DNA of 64,000 nt, taken from Bacteroidales bacterium (GTDB taxonomy: Bacteria; Bacteroidota; Bacteroidia; Bacteroidales; GCA-2748055). The stretch is from positions 17,879 to 81,878 of the forward strand of contig JAXGMU010000004.1 of NCBI GenBank assembly GCA_040768485.1. The letters are read 5' to 3'. Both the position numbers and the translations under genes were made by a program. Shown here piece by piece: positions 28,519 through 38,241 of this stretch. Under the pieces are notes generated by a model that worked only from the letters and a program-made list of their open reading frames with translations, searched no databases and was not told the DNA's origin. Each line of letters begins with the position of its first letter. Position 1 is the first letter of the stretch.

Positions 28519-30191
28519 TTTCCTTCGTATTCAAACCATGAAAAAGATGCAACACCGCCTCCGGCATGGCCGTTGCCGGTGGCGTACATACCGGCGTAGG
28601 ATCCGTTGAACCCGCCTGCCAGCTCATCGGAAATGACAGACAGGCTCTGCACATCGCCGATCTGGCGGAGCGCAGCTTCAGAGGACCCGGCCATAAAGAC
28701 AATGCCCGTTCCTTTTGCCTCGGCCAACAGGACCACCTGGTCCTCTTCCCAGGGAACGCGTGCCAGCTCTTCACGATTGCCGTTCAGGGTCCTGATCAAA
28801 ACCAGCGCGTTCATTTCCCTGACCAGCTTGAAAAGATGGGTGCTTCTGCGGTAGATGATCAGTCCCGCCTGCTGGTGCTCACCTGACGGAGAAAAGTCCA
28901 TTTCGGTGGCAACATGCCAGGCATGGTGACAGATCCTGCGGGCGATCAGGGAGGGATTCTCGAACCGCTCCGCCATCTCGGACCTTACATCCATCTCCAG
29001 TGTCCCGTCCGCCAGCCGGTACCATTTTTCAAACGGGGTACGCAGGAAATTCCAGTGAAGGGACAGCTGCTCCCCGTTAAATTCATCCCTGGAAGGGGAC
29101 GGTTCAGCCGGGGTCCAGGGAAGATCGGGCCGTTCCTGCTCCATTGACAGTCTCCCCATGCCCGGATTGAATACGGGGGTCGGCATTCCGCCCTGGTCCT
29201 CGAATATGACCGGGGTCATGAAGGTTTCCCGGGCCAGCAGTGTGTATCCGTCCACCCTCCGCTTGCCCAGCATCACAGACCACCATTCACCGTACTGCGT
29301 TTCCACCAGATCGGCATGCCCCACGGCATAGAGCGGATATTCCCTTCCCAGGTGCCGGTGGGTGAGTACCGGGTTCACATGGTAGGGGATATACGGTCCC
29401 CACAGGCTGTCGCTGTGGTGCATGGTAACGCTGTGGTGGAAATCGGTGCCTCCCTCTGCCACCAGCAGCATGTATCTCCCGTTGATCTTATACAGGTGCG
29501 GTCCTTCTGCCCACACCGCATTGGATGCATGCCCGTGGGTCAGTTGCACCCGCCTGCCCACCAGTTTTTGCTGCGAAAGGTCCAGTTCCTGCATCCAGGC
29601 CCCCTGCTGGTCCGGCCATTCCTGTTTCCCTGTCAAATTCCCGTGCCCCACATAGTAACAGCGGCCGTCATCGTCCCAGAAAAGGGAGGGATCGATCCCG
29701 GGAGAATGAAGCCAGACCGGGTCCGACCAGGGCCCGGCGGGATCCTCCGCGGTAATGTAAAAGTTCCCGTTGCAGTCCACGCAGGTATTGATGATATAAA
29801 AGATCCCGTCATGGTACCGGATGGTCGGGGCGAAGACACCCCTTGAATCGCCCAGTCCTTCGGGAAGATCCACCTGGCCCGGACGCGCGATCCCGTATCC
29901 GATCAGCTCCCAGTTGACCAGGTCTTTGCTGTGGTGGACCGGAAGTCCGGGGAACCACTCAAAGGTGGAGTTCACCATATAGTAATCGTCCCCGGCCCTG
30001 CAGATGGACGGGTCGGGGAAGAATCCGGGCAGGACAGGGTTCCGGAAGGTGGACGGGCTTTCAATGGCCGGGGCGGAAGGGATCTCCTGGGCTTCGGCGG
30101 ATACGGCAGCCGCAAGTGCGACCCACCCGGTGAAGAACCACCGGTTCATCCTTTTTCCGGCCCGGTTCAGGTGTTTTCGATACGCTTTCAT
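28515..30191 (-). CDS. Glycoside hydrolase family 43 (beta-xylosidase/alpha-L-arabinofuranosidase-like) with a C-terminal beta-sandwich
   Basis: NPVLPGFFPDPSICRAGDDYYMVNSTFEWFPGLPVHHSKDLVNW, FAPTIRYHDGIFY and WAEGPHLYKINGRYMLLVAEGG. The start is set at MKAYRKH (30191); an alternative is MNRWFF at 30149. Confidence 0.85.
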   Translation of the reverse strand: MKAYRKHLNRAGKRMNRWFFTGWVALAAAVSAEAQEIPSAPAIESPSTFRNPVLPGFFPDPSICRAGDDYYMVNSTFEWFPGLPVHHSKDLVNWELIGYGIARPGQVDLPEGLGDSRGVFAPTIRYHDGIFYIINTCVDCNGNFYITAEDPAGPWSDPVWLHSPGIDPSLFWDDDGRCYYVGHGNLTGKQEWPDQQGAWMQELDLSQQKLVGRRVQLTHGHASNAVWAEGPHLYKINGRYMLLVAEGGTDFHHSVTMHHSDSLWGPYIPYHVNPVLTHRHLGREYPLYAVGHADLVETQYGEWWSVMLGKRRVDGYTLLARETFMTPVIFEDQGGMPTPVFNPGMGRLSMEQERPDLPWTPAEPSPSRDEFNGEQLSLHWNFLRTPFEKWYRLADGTLEMDVRSEMAERFENPSLIARRICHHAWHVATEMDFSPSGEHQQAGLIIYRRSTHLFKLVREMNALVLIRTLNGNREELARVPWEEDQVVLLAEAKGTGIVFMAGSSEAALRQIGDVQSLSVISDELAGGFNGSYAGMYATGNGHAGGGVASFSWFEYEGK

Positions 30192-30256
30192 GTCGTTGCT
30201 TTGAGATACATTTCCATCTGTCCAAAGTATGAAAAAACTGACGGAATCCCTTATTT

Positions 30257-33160
30257 TTGATGAAAACACTCCTTATGCCCATCAGCAAGCTGATCAGTGT
30301 ACCGCAGGGGATGGTCTCCCGTTTTCACGAACTTGAAAAGAAGGACAGGAAAGAATGGTTCTGCACCTCCGATCCGGAGGAAAAAAGGGCCGGATCGGGG
30401 GGAGGGACGGCCCACCTGCTGGCATCTGCTTACCGCTCCTTACGTTCGGGCGAAGGTTTCAGGAAATGGCTCGCCGCCGAAAAGCGGATGGTCATTCATT
30501 CTTCAGGGGAAAGCCGCCGGCTGCCGGCCTATGCTGCCACGGGGAAGTCACTGCTTCCCGTTCCGGTATTCCGGTGGTCCAAGGGACAGCACCTGGACCA
30601 GAAACTACTCGATTTACAGGTCCCCTATTATGAACGCATCCTGAAGAATGCGCCGGACAGATACCGGGTCCTGATCGCCAGCGGGGATGTGATGTTCATT
30701 TCATCGGACCGGTTCATGGACCTTCCCGAGGCGGATGTACTGGTGTTCGGTGTCTGGGTGGATGATCCGGTGGCCTCCCGGCACGGGGTGTTTTTCAGCC
30801 GCAGGGAAAAACAGGACACCCTCGCATTTGTGAAGCAGAAACCCTCCATAGAGGAATTGAGGAAGCTTTCCGGAGAATATTTCTACCTGATGGATTCGGG
30901 CATTGTGCTGCTGAATGAAACCACCACCATGCTCCTGATGAAAAGGTCGGGGTGGGATGAAAAGAAAGAAAATTTCCGGGACGGACTGCCGGATTACTAT
31001 GACCTGTACGGTGAAATGCTTGCTTCCTTCGGAACGGAACCGCAGGTCAGCGACCCGGAGTTGCAGGGGCTGCAGGTGAAATTGTACCCCCTGCACCAGG
31101 GGGAATTCTATCATTTCGGGAGCAACAGCGACCTGATCGATTCCACCCTGAAGCTCCAGAACCGGATAACCGACCAGCGCCTGAAACTGACCCGGGAACC
31201 GGACCACCACCCATCCATCTTCCAGCAGAATGCAGAGATCCGGATCAAATTCACCGAGCAAAACCACCATCTCTGGATCGAGAACTGCCATATCCCGGAA
31301 TCATGGAAACTGAACCACCACCATATCCTGACCGGGATCCCTGAGAATGACTGGGAGATTGAGCTCACGGCGGGGAACTGTGTGGATCTGGTCCCCCTGG
31401 GCAGGGACCGGTATGTGCTTCGGACCTATGGTTTTTCAGACAATTTTAGGGGGACCCCGGACAGAGGGGGCGCGTGGATGGAAGGACCGCTGACCGATTG
31501 GATGGAACAACGGAGGATCATTCCGGAGGAAGCTGGTATTTCACCGGGAGGATCCATGTTCGAGGCACCCCTGTTCCCGGTTCTTAAGAGGGAAGAAATC
31601 GGAAAGATGCTCCTTTTTATGGTGGGGAACGGGAGCGGCCATGAAGCGGCCTGGCAGGATCGGATGCGGGACCGGTGGATCCGGTGTGAGCGGTTGTCGG
31701 CGAGGGAACTGATTGCAAAAGCGGACATTCCGGCGCTGTACCGGCAAAGGCAGTCCCTGATGGTCCGCTCCCTCCCCCTGCTGGCCGCACATCACCGGAC
31801 CAGTATTTTTTACTACCTGGACCTGGAGAAGACCGCGGCCGATTACAGGGAAGCACACCTGGATCCCCCTGCGGCACTGGCACCCGGCGAACCGGTGATC
31901 AGGCGCATCAATGACAGCATGTTCCGTGCCAGGGTCGCCGGGACCAGGAAAATGGCCGAAAAGCATGAGCAACAGGCTTTCTCCATTTTGCGTGAGGCGA
32001 TGATCGACACCCTGAAACAGGCACCCGTCGCTCCCCACCGCAACCTGTTGGACGACCAGATCCTCTGGGGCAGGAGCCCGGTGAGGCTGGACCTGGCCGG
32101 GGGATGGACCGATACCCCGCCTTACTGCATCATGGAGGGGGGCAGGGTGGTGAACATGGCGGTGGAGCTGAACGGACAGCTGCCCTTGCAGGTCTATGCC
32201 CGTCCCCTTGAGGAACACAAGATCGTGCTCAGATCCATTGACCTGGGGATCAAGAAAGAAATCACAACTTTCGGGGAACTGGAAAAATATGACCGGCCGG
32301 GGGACGGATTTTCCATCCCCATGGCAGCGCTGGCGCTGGCAGGATTCAGCAACCGCTTCAGCGGGAAAACATTCCCTGACCTGGTCTCTCTCCTGAAGGA
32401 GTTCGGGTGCGGACTGGAGATGTCCCTGCTGGCCGCCGTGCCCAAGGGATCGGGACTGGGGACCAGCTCAAACCTGGCAGCCACGGTCATGGGAACCCTC
32501 AGCGAATTTTGCGGGCTTAACTGGGACAAACACGAGATCTCATACCGTACCCTGATCCTGGAACAGATGCTTACCACAGGCGGCGGCTGGCAGGACCAGT
32601 ACGGAGGGGTGTTCGAGGGGATCAAGCTGCTGGAGACCGCTCTCGGGATCCGCCAGTCGCCCCGCATCCGGTGGATCCCCGAGCAGGTTTTTTCCGGGGC
32701 GGAACGGGGGCAAATGGTAATGTTGTATTACACGGGTGTCACCCGTGTGGCCAGGGACATCCTGGGAGAGATCGTGAAGGGGATGTTTCTCAATTCGGCC
32801 CGTCACCTGGAGATCTTCAGCGAGATGAAACAGCACGCCGGTGAAACCTTTGACGCGCTTCTGGGCAATGACTATGAAGAGGTGGCCGGGAAGGTGGCCA
32901 TCAGCTGGGAGCTGAACCAGCGGCTGGACGAGGGGACCAATCCGCCGGTGATCAGGGAGATCATCAGGAGGGTGGATGATTACCTGCTGGGCTACAAGCT
33001 GCTGGGTGCCGGCGGGGGCGGATACCTGCTCATGTTTGCCCGCTCGCCCGATGCCGCGGTGAAGGTAAAAAACAACCTGGAGAATGACCCGCCCAACAAA
33101 CGGGCCCGGTTTGTTGATTTCGCCGTTTCACAGACGGGGTTCCAGGTATCCCGGTCCTGA
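30257..33160 (+). CDS. fkp: Bifunctional L-fucokinase / fucose-1-phosphate guanylyltransferase
   Basis: 967 aa. The N-terminus SRFHELEKKDRKEWFCTSDPEEKRAGSGGGTAHLL resembles Bacteroides Fkp as I remember it. The C-terminal GHMP-kinase motif is PKGSGLGTSSNLAA. Confidence 0.8.
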   Translation: MMKTLLMPISKLISVPQGMVSRFHELEKKDRKEWFCTSDPEEKRAGSGGGTAHLLASAYRSLRSGEGFRKWLAAEKRMVIHSSGESRRLPAYAATGKSLLPVPVFRWSKGQHLDQKLLDLQVPYYERILKNAPDRYRVLIASGDVMFISSDRFMDLPEADVLVFGVWVDDPVASRHGVFFSRREKQDTLAFVKQKPSIEELRKLSGEYFYLMDSGIVLLNETTTMLLMKRSGWDEKKENFRDGLPDYYDLYGEMLASFGTEPQVSDPELQGLQVKLYPLHQGEFYHFGSNSDLIDSTLKLQNRITDQRLKLTREPDHHPSIFQQNAEIRIKFTEQNHHLWIENCHIPESWKLNHHHILTGIPENDWEIELTAGNCVDLVPLGRDRYVLRTYGFSDNFRGTPDRGGAWMEGPLTDWMEQRRIIPEEAGISPGGSMFEAPLFPVLKREEIGKMLLFMVGNGSGHEAAWQDRMRDRWIRCERLSARELIAKADIPALYRQRQSLMVRSLPLLAAHHRTSIFYYLDLEKTAADYREAHLDPPAALAPGEPVIRRINDSMFRARVAGTRKMAEKHEQQAFSILREAMIDTLKQAPVAPHRNLLDDQILWGRSPVRLDLAGGWTDTPPYCIMEGGRVVNMAVELNGQLPLQVYARPLEEHKIVLRSIDLGIKKEITTFGELEKYDRPGDGFSIPMAALALAGFSNRFSGKTFPDLVSLLKEFGCGLEMSLLAAVPKGSGLGTSSNLAATVMGTLSEFCGLNWDKHEISYRTLILEQMLTTGGGWQDQYGGVFEGIKLLETALGIRQSPRIRWIPEQVFSGAERGQMVMLYYTGVTRVARDILGEIVKGMFLNSARHLEIFSEMKQHAGETFDALLGNDYEEVAGKVAISWELNQRLDEGTNPPVIREIIRRVDDYLLGYKLLGAGGGGYLLMFARSPDAAVKVKNNLENDPPNKRARFVDFAVSQTGFQVSRS

Positions 33161-33180
33161 AGATGTTTCACAGGCAGGAT

Positions 33181-33975
33181 TCATCTTGTAACCACGATCT
33201 TCTTGGACGGGGAACGCACATTGCCGGTTTCCACGTGGTACATGTATGTTCCGGGAGGAAGCTGACTTGCCGGCAGTACAAGCTGCTCCGTGGATGCTGT
33301 CACAGGACAGCTCAAAACCCTCCGGCCCCGGGCATCGAACAGCTCAAGCGATCCTGAATCACTACCCGGGGGCAACTGTACCGGGATATGAACCACCGAA
33401 CCGGCAGGGTTGGGGAATGGATTCCCGGTATTATAAGCGGAGTAGGGAATCTCTGATTTCGTGGCGGCCTCAGGAAGGGCATACACCTGGGTCTGCGTCC
33501 TGTATGGGATCACAGAGTAATCGTAAATATACACCAGAAATTTCCTGCCCTCATTTTCCGTATCGAGCAAACTGGAATATCCTGCTCCCGGGATGCTCAG
33601 CAGGACGTTCCCGTTCTCGTTGATGAGCCTGGACTCATACGTATAAAAGTAAGAATCTGTGGTGGGGACATACATGGAATAGGTGTAGAACAATTCCACC
33701 AGGTTGTCGCTGTTGAAGAGCTTTTCGGAAACAAACTGTACATTATACAGGTAATACCCTTCAGGGGCCGGCAGCGAAATGGTCTTGTACAGGCTGTGGT
33801 CCATCCGGTAGATACGGCATTCTTTATTGACCACGTCCATGGTGTAATACACCTCTCCAGTATTTTCCATCCGGCAGATGTTGGCGGAAACCGTGTAAAT
33901 GTGCTCAAGCGAGGGCTGTGCATGGAGCAACAATCCCGGGAGCCACAAGACGGCAATGATGATGCGGGTTTTCAT
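33181..33975 (-). CDS. Hypothetical secreted protein with a T9SS C-terminal sorting domain
   Basis: Start trimmed to MKTRIIIAVLWLPGLLLHAQ (cat at 33973-33975). The C-terminus is GNPFPNPAGSVVHIPV...GTYMYHVETG...KKIVVTR. Confidence 0.75.
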   Translation of the reverse strand: MKTRIIIAVLWLPGLLLHAQPSLEHIYTVSANICRMENTGEVYYTMDVVNKECRIYRMDHSLYKTISLPAPEGYYLYNVQFVSEKLFNSDNLVELFYTYSMYVPTTDSYFYTYESRLINENGNVLLSIPGAGYSSLLDTENEGRKFLVYIYDYSVIPYRTQTQVYALPEAATKSEIPYSAYNTGNPFPNPAGSVVHIPVQLPPGSDSGSLELFDARGRRVLSCPVTASTEQLVLPASQLPPGTYMYHVETGNVRSPSKKIVVTR

Positions 33976-34036
33976 CCTTTTTCGGGTTTTATTTATATCG
34001 TTTGTTGTTTCAGTAAAACAAGTCCCAACCCATCTC

Positions 34037-34672
34037 TCAGGGCTGGTCCAGCAGGTCCAGTCCCTCCAGTGCAGACGAGCCGCCGGGGGTATGCAGCAGG
34101 GCTTTCTGGAACAGCACCTTTGCTTCCCTGTAATTGCCCAGTTTGAAATATGACCAGCCCAGCATGGTGAGGGCGTCATAATCAAAGGGATAGAGGTTGA
34201 CCACCTTTTCGAAGTATTTCTTCGCGGTCTCGAAATCCTCCCTGCCATAATAGATCAGCCCGATCCTGTGCATGGCGATGGAATTGTTGGGGCAGATTTC
34301 CAGGATCTTTGCATACTGATCCATCACCATGGTCCAGTTTCCCATGGCAGCCCCGGGGTACACGATCCCGAACCTGGGTTCAATGGCATAGGGCATGAGA
34401 TTGACCGCCCTGTTGTAATAGGCCACGGATTCGGTAAAATTACCTGCCTGGTAGCTCAGCCAGCCGAGGCGCAGGTTGATCTCGTATGATTTTTCATCAT
34501 ACACCTTCTTCAGGCTGTTCACCGCGGCAAGGACCTCCCCGGTGGCTTCCTGGATGTAGCTCTGCTGGAAGGCGTCCTTGATCTCCTTGAACTCCTGTCC
34601 CCTTACAGAAATGACAGCAGAAATAAGCAGGCCGGACCACAGGCCCCGCCTCAGAATTTTTAAAATTTCCAT
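34037..34672 (-). CDS. Periplasmic TPR-repeat protein
   Basis: Signal peptide-like N-terminus and repeated TPR-like 34-aa units (YNRAVNLMPY..., AKKYFEKVVNLYPFDYDAL..., AKVLFQKALLHTPG). The ATG lies 13 nt inside the upstream gene. Confidence 0.75.
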   Translation of the reverse strand: MEILKILRRGLWSGLLISAVISVRGQEFKEIKDAFQQSYIQEATGEVLAAVNSLKKVYDEKSYEINLRLGWLSYQAGNFTESVAYYNRAVNLMPYAIEPRFGIVYPGAAMGNWTMVMDQYAKILEICPNNSIAMHRIGLIYYGREDFETAKKYFEKVVNLYPFDYDALTMLGWSYFKLGNYREAKVLFQKALLHTPGGSSALEGLDLLDQP

Positions 34673-36015
34673 GATAATCCTCCGTAAATTGATATGGTGT
34701 GATAGGTGATTGCATTGCCCTGATCGACCAGGTTCGGATCAAGAGGAATGAACCTGCTCCGGTATGCTGCCCACCGGCCGCCCAGGTATACCATTGATCC
34801 ATTCGATGAAACGGGCACTGACACGGACAGACCGGCCTTTTTTCCTGGCTTTTCCCCGAAACTGTTAAAGATAATGGCTCCGTAATTTTCGGTATAGTTC
34901 TCCATCTCGCCCGATGAAGCATTCAGTTCAATCCATGCTTTTTCAGCGATGGAGAAGCCGAACAGGATCTCGGGGATGACGTTGAGCACTCCTTCCCCGG
35001 TGCCGGTCCTGTAAAGGGAATTGGCGAAACCGCCGGCATACAGGTTCAGGTTTCCCAGGGGGTACCAGGTGAGCCCGATCCTGCTCTGGACCTGCTCCAT
35101 GTCGTTCAGATCCGAGTAATATCCGCCAAGGTGAAGATCCACCGGACCGATCCGCTGTTTCAATGCCAGACCGGCCAGGAAATCAGTTTTTTCCTGGAAG
35201 ACAAGGATCATGTTGTTCCCTCCCTGGTATCCGGTCCCTGCATCTGCGAAAACCTGGTAGCGCAGGCGGACCACGTGGAATGCGGGGATCAATGTCAGTC
35301 CCGACAGGGTGGTCAGTCGGGGTGAGAGGTAATACTGATGCTGCCTGACCTGCTGGGCTGTCGTATAGTACCTGCTGATCCCGTCGAAATAATAATAGAG
35401 ATTCTTTTTCGACAGGAAGGTATATGCATGTTCCAGGGAGATCCCCGGGGCAATGGCGTTTGAAAGGGAGGCTGAAAGATTAGAGAATCCGGAGGTGACG
35501 TACTGGACACCGGGAACCGGTGCAGAAATGGATACATCGGGACTCTCCAGGATCTCCCTGTTCAGGTTATGGCTGATGAGGTATTCAACCCCGGACATGC
35601 CGAAAAAGGCTGGTTCGGCAGGGGGCATTTTCAGTGACAGATCGCCCCTGAACCGTTTTCTGAGAAGATCTGCCTGCTCCTTCTCACCGGCATAGATCCT
35701 GCAATAATAGAGATATTCAAGGGCCGCCGGGTCCTGGTGGTTCCACTCGAGCGCCCTGGTGAAATGGGTGGCCGCCTTCCGGTAATTCCTGTTGCTGTAA
35801 TAAGCGATCCCCAGCCGCATCCGCAGATAATAATAATCGATCTCCTCCCTGAGCGCTTCCTTCCCCGTATGGATGAGGCTGTCCCACTTTCCTTCAATAT
35901 AATACCGGTAGGTTTCCCTGTCGAACCTGCTGAATGAATCCTGTTCCTGTGCAATGCCCTGCCGGGATATGCCCAGAAGCAGCATGAAAAGGGTGATGAC
36001 GGTCAGTCTGCACAT
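34660..36015 (-). CDS. Outer-membrane protein with an N-terminal TPR module and a C-terminal beta-barrel
   Basis: Signal peptide MCRLTVITLFMLLLGISRQGIAQ. TPR-like N-terminal region of about 130 aa. The Tyr/Gly-rich alternating strand pattern ends in YGGLSWKF (terminal Phe). Confidence 0.7.
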   Translation of the reverse strand: MCRLTVITLFMLLLGISRQGIAQEQDSFSRFDRETYRYYIEGKWDSLIHTGKEALREEIDYYYLRMRLGIAYYSNRNYRKAATHFTRALEWNHQDPAALEYLYYCRIYAGEKEQADLLRKRFRGDLSLKMPPAEPAFFGMSGVEYLISHNLNREILESPDVSISAPVPGVQYVTSGFSNLSASLSNAIAPGISLEHAYTFLSKKNLYYYFDGISRYYTTAQQVRQHQYYLSPRLTTLSGLTLIPAFHVVRLRYQVFADAGTGYQGGNNMILVFQEKTDFLAGLALKQRIGPVDLHLGGYYSDLNDMEQVQSRIGLTWYPLGNLNLYAGGFANSLYRTGTGEGVLNVIPEILFGFSIAEKAWIELNASSGEMENYTENYGAIIFNSFGEKPGKKAGLSVSVPVSSNGSMVYLGGRWAAYRSRFIPLDPNLVDQGNAITYHTISIYGGLSWKF

Positions 36016-38195
36016 GTTGCTTCCAGGTGAAGTTTGCCGGAATCCACTTCAAAGGTCCGGATCCCTTTTTCGTTGATGGTCATGGAAAAATCAAGCCTGC
36101 GCAGCAATTTTCCCGAAATCAGGTTGCGGGCGGCGGACCGCAGCCGGATCTCCGAAGGGGACATCTCGTTATCGATCCATTCATACCGGCATTCGAATTC
36201 GGATCGCAGGAACTTCCAGAAAGGGGCCACAAAATCCTGCAGTGCCAGCAGCGGGTGCCGGAAGATCAAATTGAGCGGGTACCGGTCCGAGATGACCAGG
36301 TCCTGGTAGAATCCCTGCTGAACCTGAAATGCCGCCAGGAAAAAATAATAAAGCAGCGTATGTTTATTCCCGCTGTAATGGGTGAAATAGATCAGGTCCC
36401 CGTCGTTGATGAAATAAGCCACGGCACCCGATTGTTCACACCGGATATAGGGATTGTTGTAGGCATCCGTGTTCACCTCCCAGGCAGCTTCTTTCATGTC
36501 CGCGCTCCCTTTCACGGTAAAACGGAACCTTTTGCCCGGGATCAGGTGGAAAGCCTGGTGAAGGAGGCCGTTCCTTTCAATGTTTGAGACAAGGTCATCT
36601 TTCCGGGGATAAGCATAGGATTCCAGGCTGAACGGCTGGCGGGAATGAAGGATATAGTGGCTGACGGGGAATTTCAGCGTCACCGATCCGATATAAGGGG
36701 TGGCCTGCACCTGGTAATGAAGGTGTGGATAGGGAGAGCGTCCTGAATTCCCGCATCTTCCGATCTCGTCCCCTTCTTTTACCCTGTCTCCCTCACGGAC
36801 CCTGATGGTCCCCTCTTTCAGGTGGCTCAGGGAGGTGTACAGATGTTCGTCGTGCCGGATGACCACCGTGTTGCCCCAGTTATCCTTCAGATTGACCTCC
36901 CCCACGGGATTGTCAGGAACATGGTCCGCGACAAAAGCGATGGTGCCGTCCGCCGGCGCCACGACCATTTTGTCGTAACAGTGATAGTCGGTGAGCGCAT
37001 CTCCGCTTCCCATGTACTGTTTGCCCTCGGTACCGGTAATGACGAAATCCCACGCATGCCGGAACTCATCCTTGTGAGTATATTCCCCGTCATGGGCCTG
37101 GGATACCGTCCAGGCACCCAGGAACGGAAGCCTGATCCTCACCCTCTCGCGGTGCCGGAAGCGCACCACATCGTTGTGGAATGCATACAGGTTCTTTTCG
37201 GGGGAGTTATGCTGGATCAGCACTTCGGCCAGTTTGAGAGATGGTTCAAGCCTGAATTTCAGGGCATAGAGGAACAAAAGCACCACCAGGTTGAAGGGCA
37301 GTGAATACACCGGCAGGCTGAATACGGCAAGAACCCGGGACAGGCTGATGGTGATCATGGCCACGATGGGGATCAGCAGGATCACCCAAAGGAAGGAACG
37401 TTTGGAGGGGATGATGAAAAATCCCCCCACCGCGATGGATGTCAGGATGTAATTGAATCCGATATAGCTGTAGCTCACGTCGGAAATATGTGCCCCGATC
37501 AGTTCATAAAACAGGAACGCCGTATAAAAACCGATCAGCGAAAGTGAGAAGGCGATCCTTGAGAACAGCAGCAGTCCCGTCGCCAGCAGGATGCCCGAAA
37601 GCAGGTTGAACTGGAACAGGATGGCCGCCAGGGAGAGAAAGTAGATCCTCAGGGACCTGGCCAGATCCACGTCGTTCCACCATTCATACACCCGGACAAG
37701 CACATCTCCCCCGATGGTATACAGGTCATTGAAGGTGTAGATCCCCCGCTCGCTGATCCCCAGGGCCGTGAATTCCCTGGTGGCCAGGGTCATGATCCAG
37801 ATGGCCAGAAGAAAGGGGACGGAGAGGAACGGCAGGGCATACTTGCCGATCACTCCCTGGAGTGAAACGGCAATCAGCAGGGTCAGGATGGCCGCCATGA
37901 TGACCACCACGATGAGCAGCAGGTCGGGTTTGAAATAGATCCCAAGTCCCAGTCCCACCAGCAGGCTGTTGAAGCCGAACACCCCCCTGGCAATGTTCCG
38001 CCTGTCAAGTCCCAGCAGAAATCCTGCCAGGTTGGTAACGATCACCGAAAGCAGTCCCATCAGCCCCGCATAGATGTCGAAGAAGGTGACCAGCATGAGG
38101 ACAAAGGAGAACAGCAGCTGGTCCGAGAAGAAGACCTGCCCGTAGCTGTTGGGAACGGACCTGATAAAGAGCTTTATGTCGCCGGAGCGTTTCAA
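36003..38195 (-). CDS. Fusion protein: urea-transporter-family membrane domain + M23 metallopeptidase + uncharacterised C-terminal domain
   Basis: The N-terminal 330 aa or so are polytopic, with UT-like NSYGQVFFSDQ and GVFGFNSLLVGLGLG. The M23 core is VVAPADGTIAFV, WGNTVVIRHDEHLYTSLSHLK and GNSGRSPYPHLHYQV. The last 220 aa or so are unassigned. Confidence 0.75.
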   Translation of the reverse strand: MKRSGDIKLFIRSVPNSYGQVFFSDQLLFSFVLMLVTFFDIYAGLMGLLSVIVTNLAGFLLGLDRRNIARGVFGFNSLLVGLGLGIYFKPDLLLIVVVIMAAILTLLIAVSLQGVIGKYALPFLSVPFLLAIWIMTLATREFTALGISERGIYTFNDLYTIGGDVLVRVYEWWNDVDLARSLRIYFLSLAAILFQFNLLSGILLATGLLLFSRIAFSLSLIGFYTAFLFYELIGAHISDVSYSYIGFNYILTSIAVGGFFIIPSKRSFLWVILLIPIVAMITISLSRVLAVFSLPVYSLPFNLVVLLFLYALKFRLEPSLKLAEVLIQHNSPEKNLYAFHNDVVRFRHRERVRIRLPFLGAWTVSQAHDGEYTHKDEFRHAWDFVITGTEGKQYMGSGDALTDYHCYDKMVVAPADGTIAFVADHVPDNPVGEVNLKDNWGNTVVIRHDEHLYTSLSHLKEGTIRVREGDRVKEGDEIGRCGNSGRSPYPHLHYQVQATPYIGSVTLKFPVSHYILHSRQPFSLESYAYPRKDDLVSNIERNGLLHQAFHLIPGKRFRFTVKGSADMKEAAWEVNTDAYNNPYIRCEQSGAVAYFINDGDLIYFTHYSGNKHTLLYYFFLAAFQVQQGFYQDLVISDRYPLNLIFRHPLLALQDFVAPFWKFLRSEFECRYEWIDNEMSPSEIRLRSAARNLISGKLLRRLDFSMTINEKGIRTFEVDSGKLHLEATCAD

Positions 38196-38241
38196 CAGAT
38201 CAGTGTTTTATTCAGGTTGAGGGGATCATTTTTTTGCGGGA

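Noticed and set aside
33976-34248. N-terminal extension of track ORF 33181-34248
   Set aside because: The extension overlaps the TPR gene and is Cys/Trp/Arg-rich. An internal Met at 33975 gives a canonical signal peptide. The same trimming logic was applied to 38242-39867, 42508-43398, 26222-27412, 20346-21032, 19490-20428, 28515-30269 and 56125-57186.
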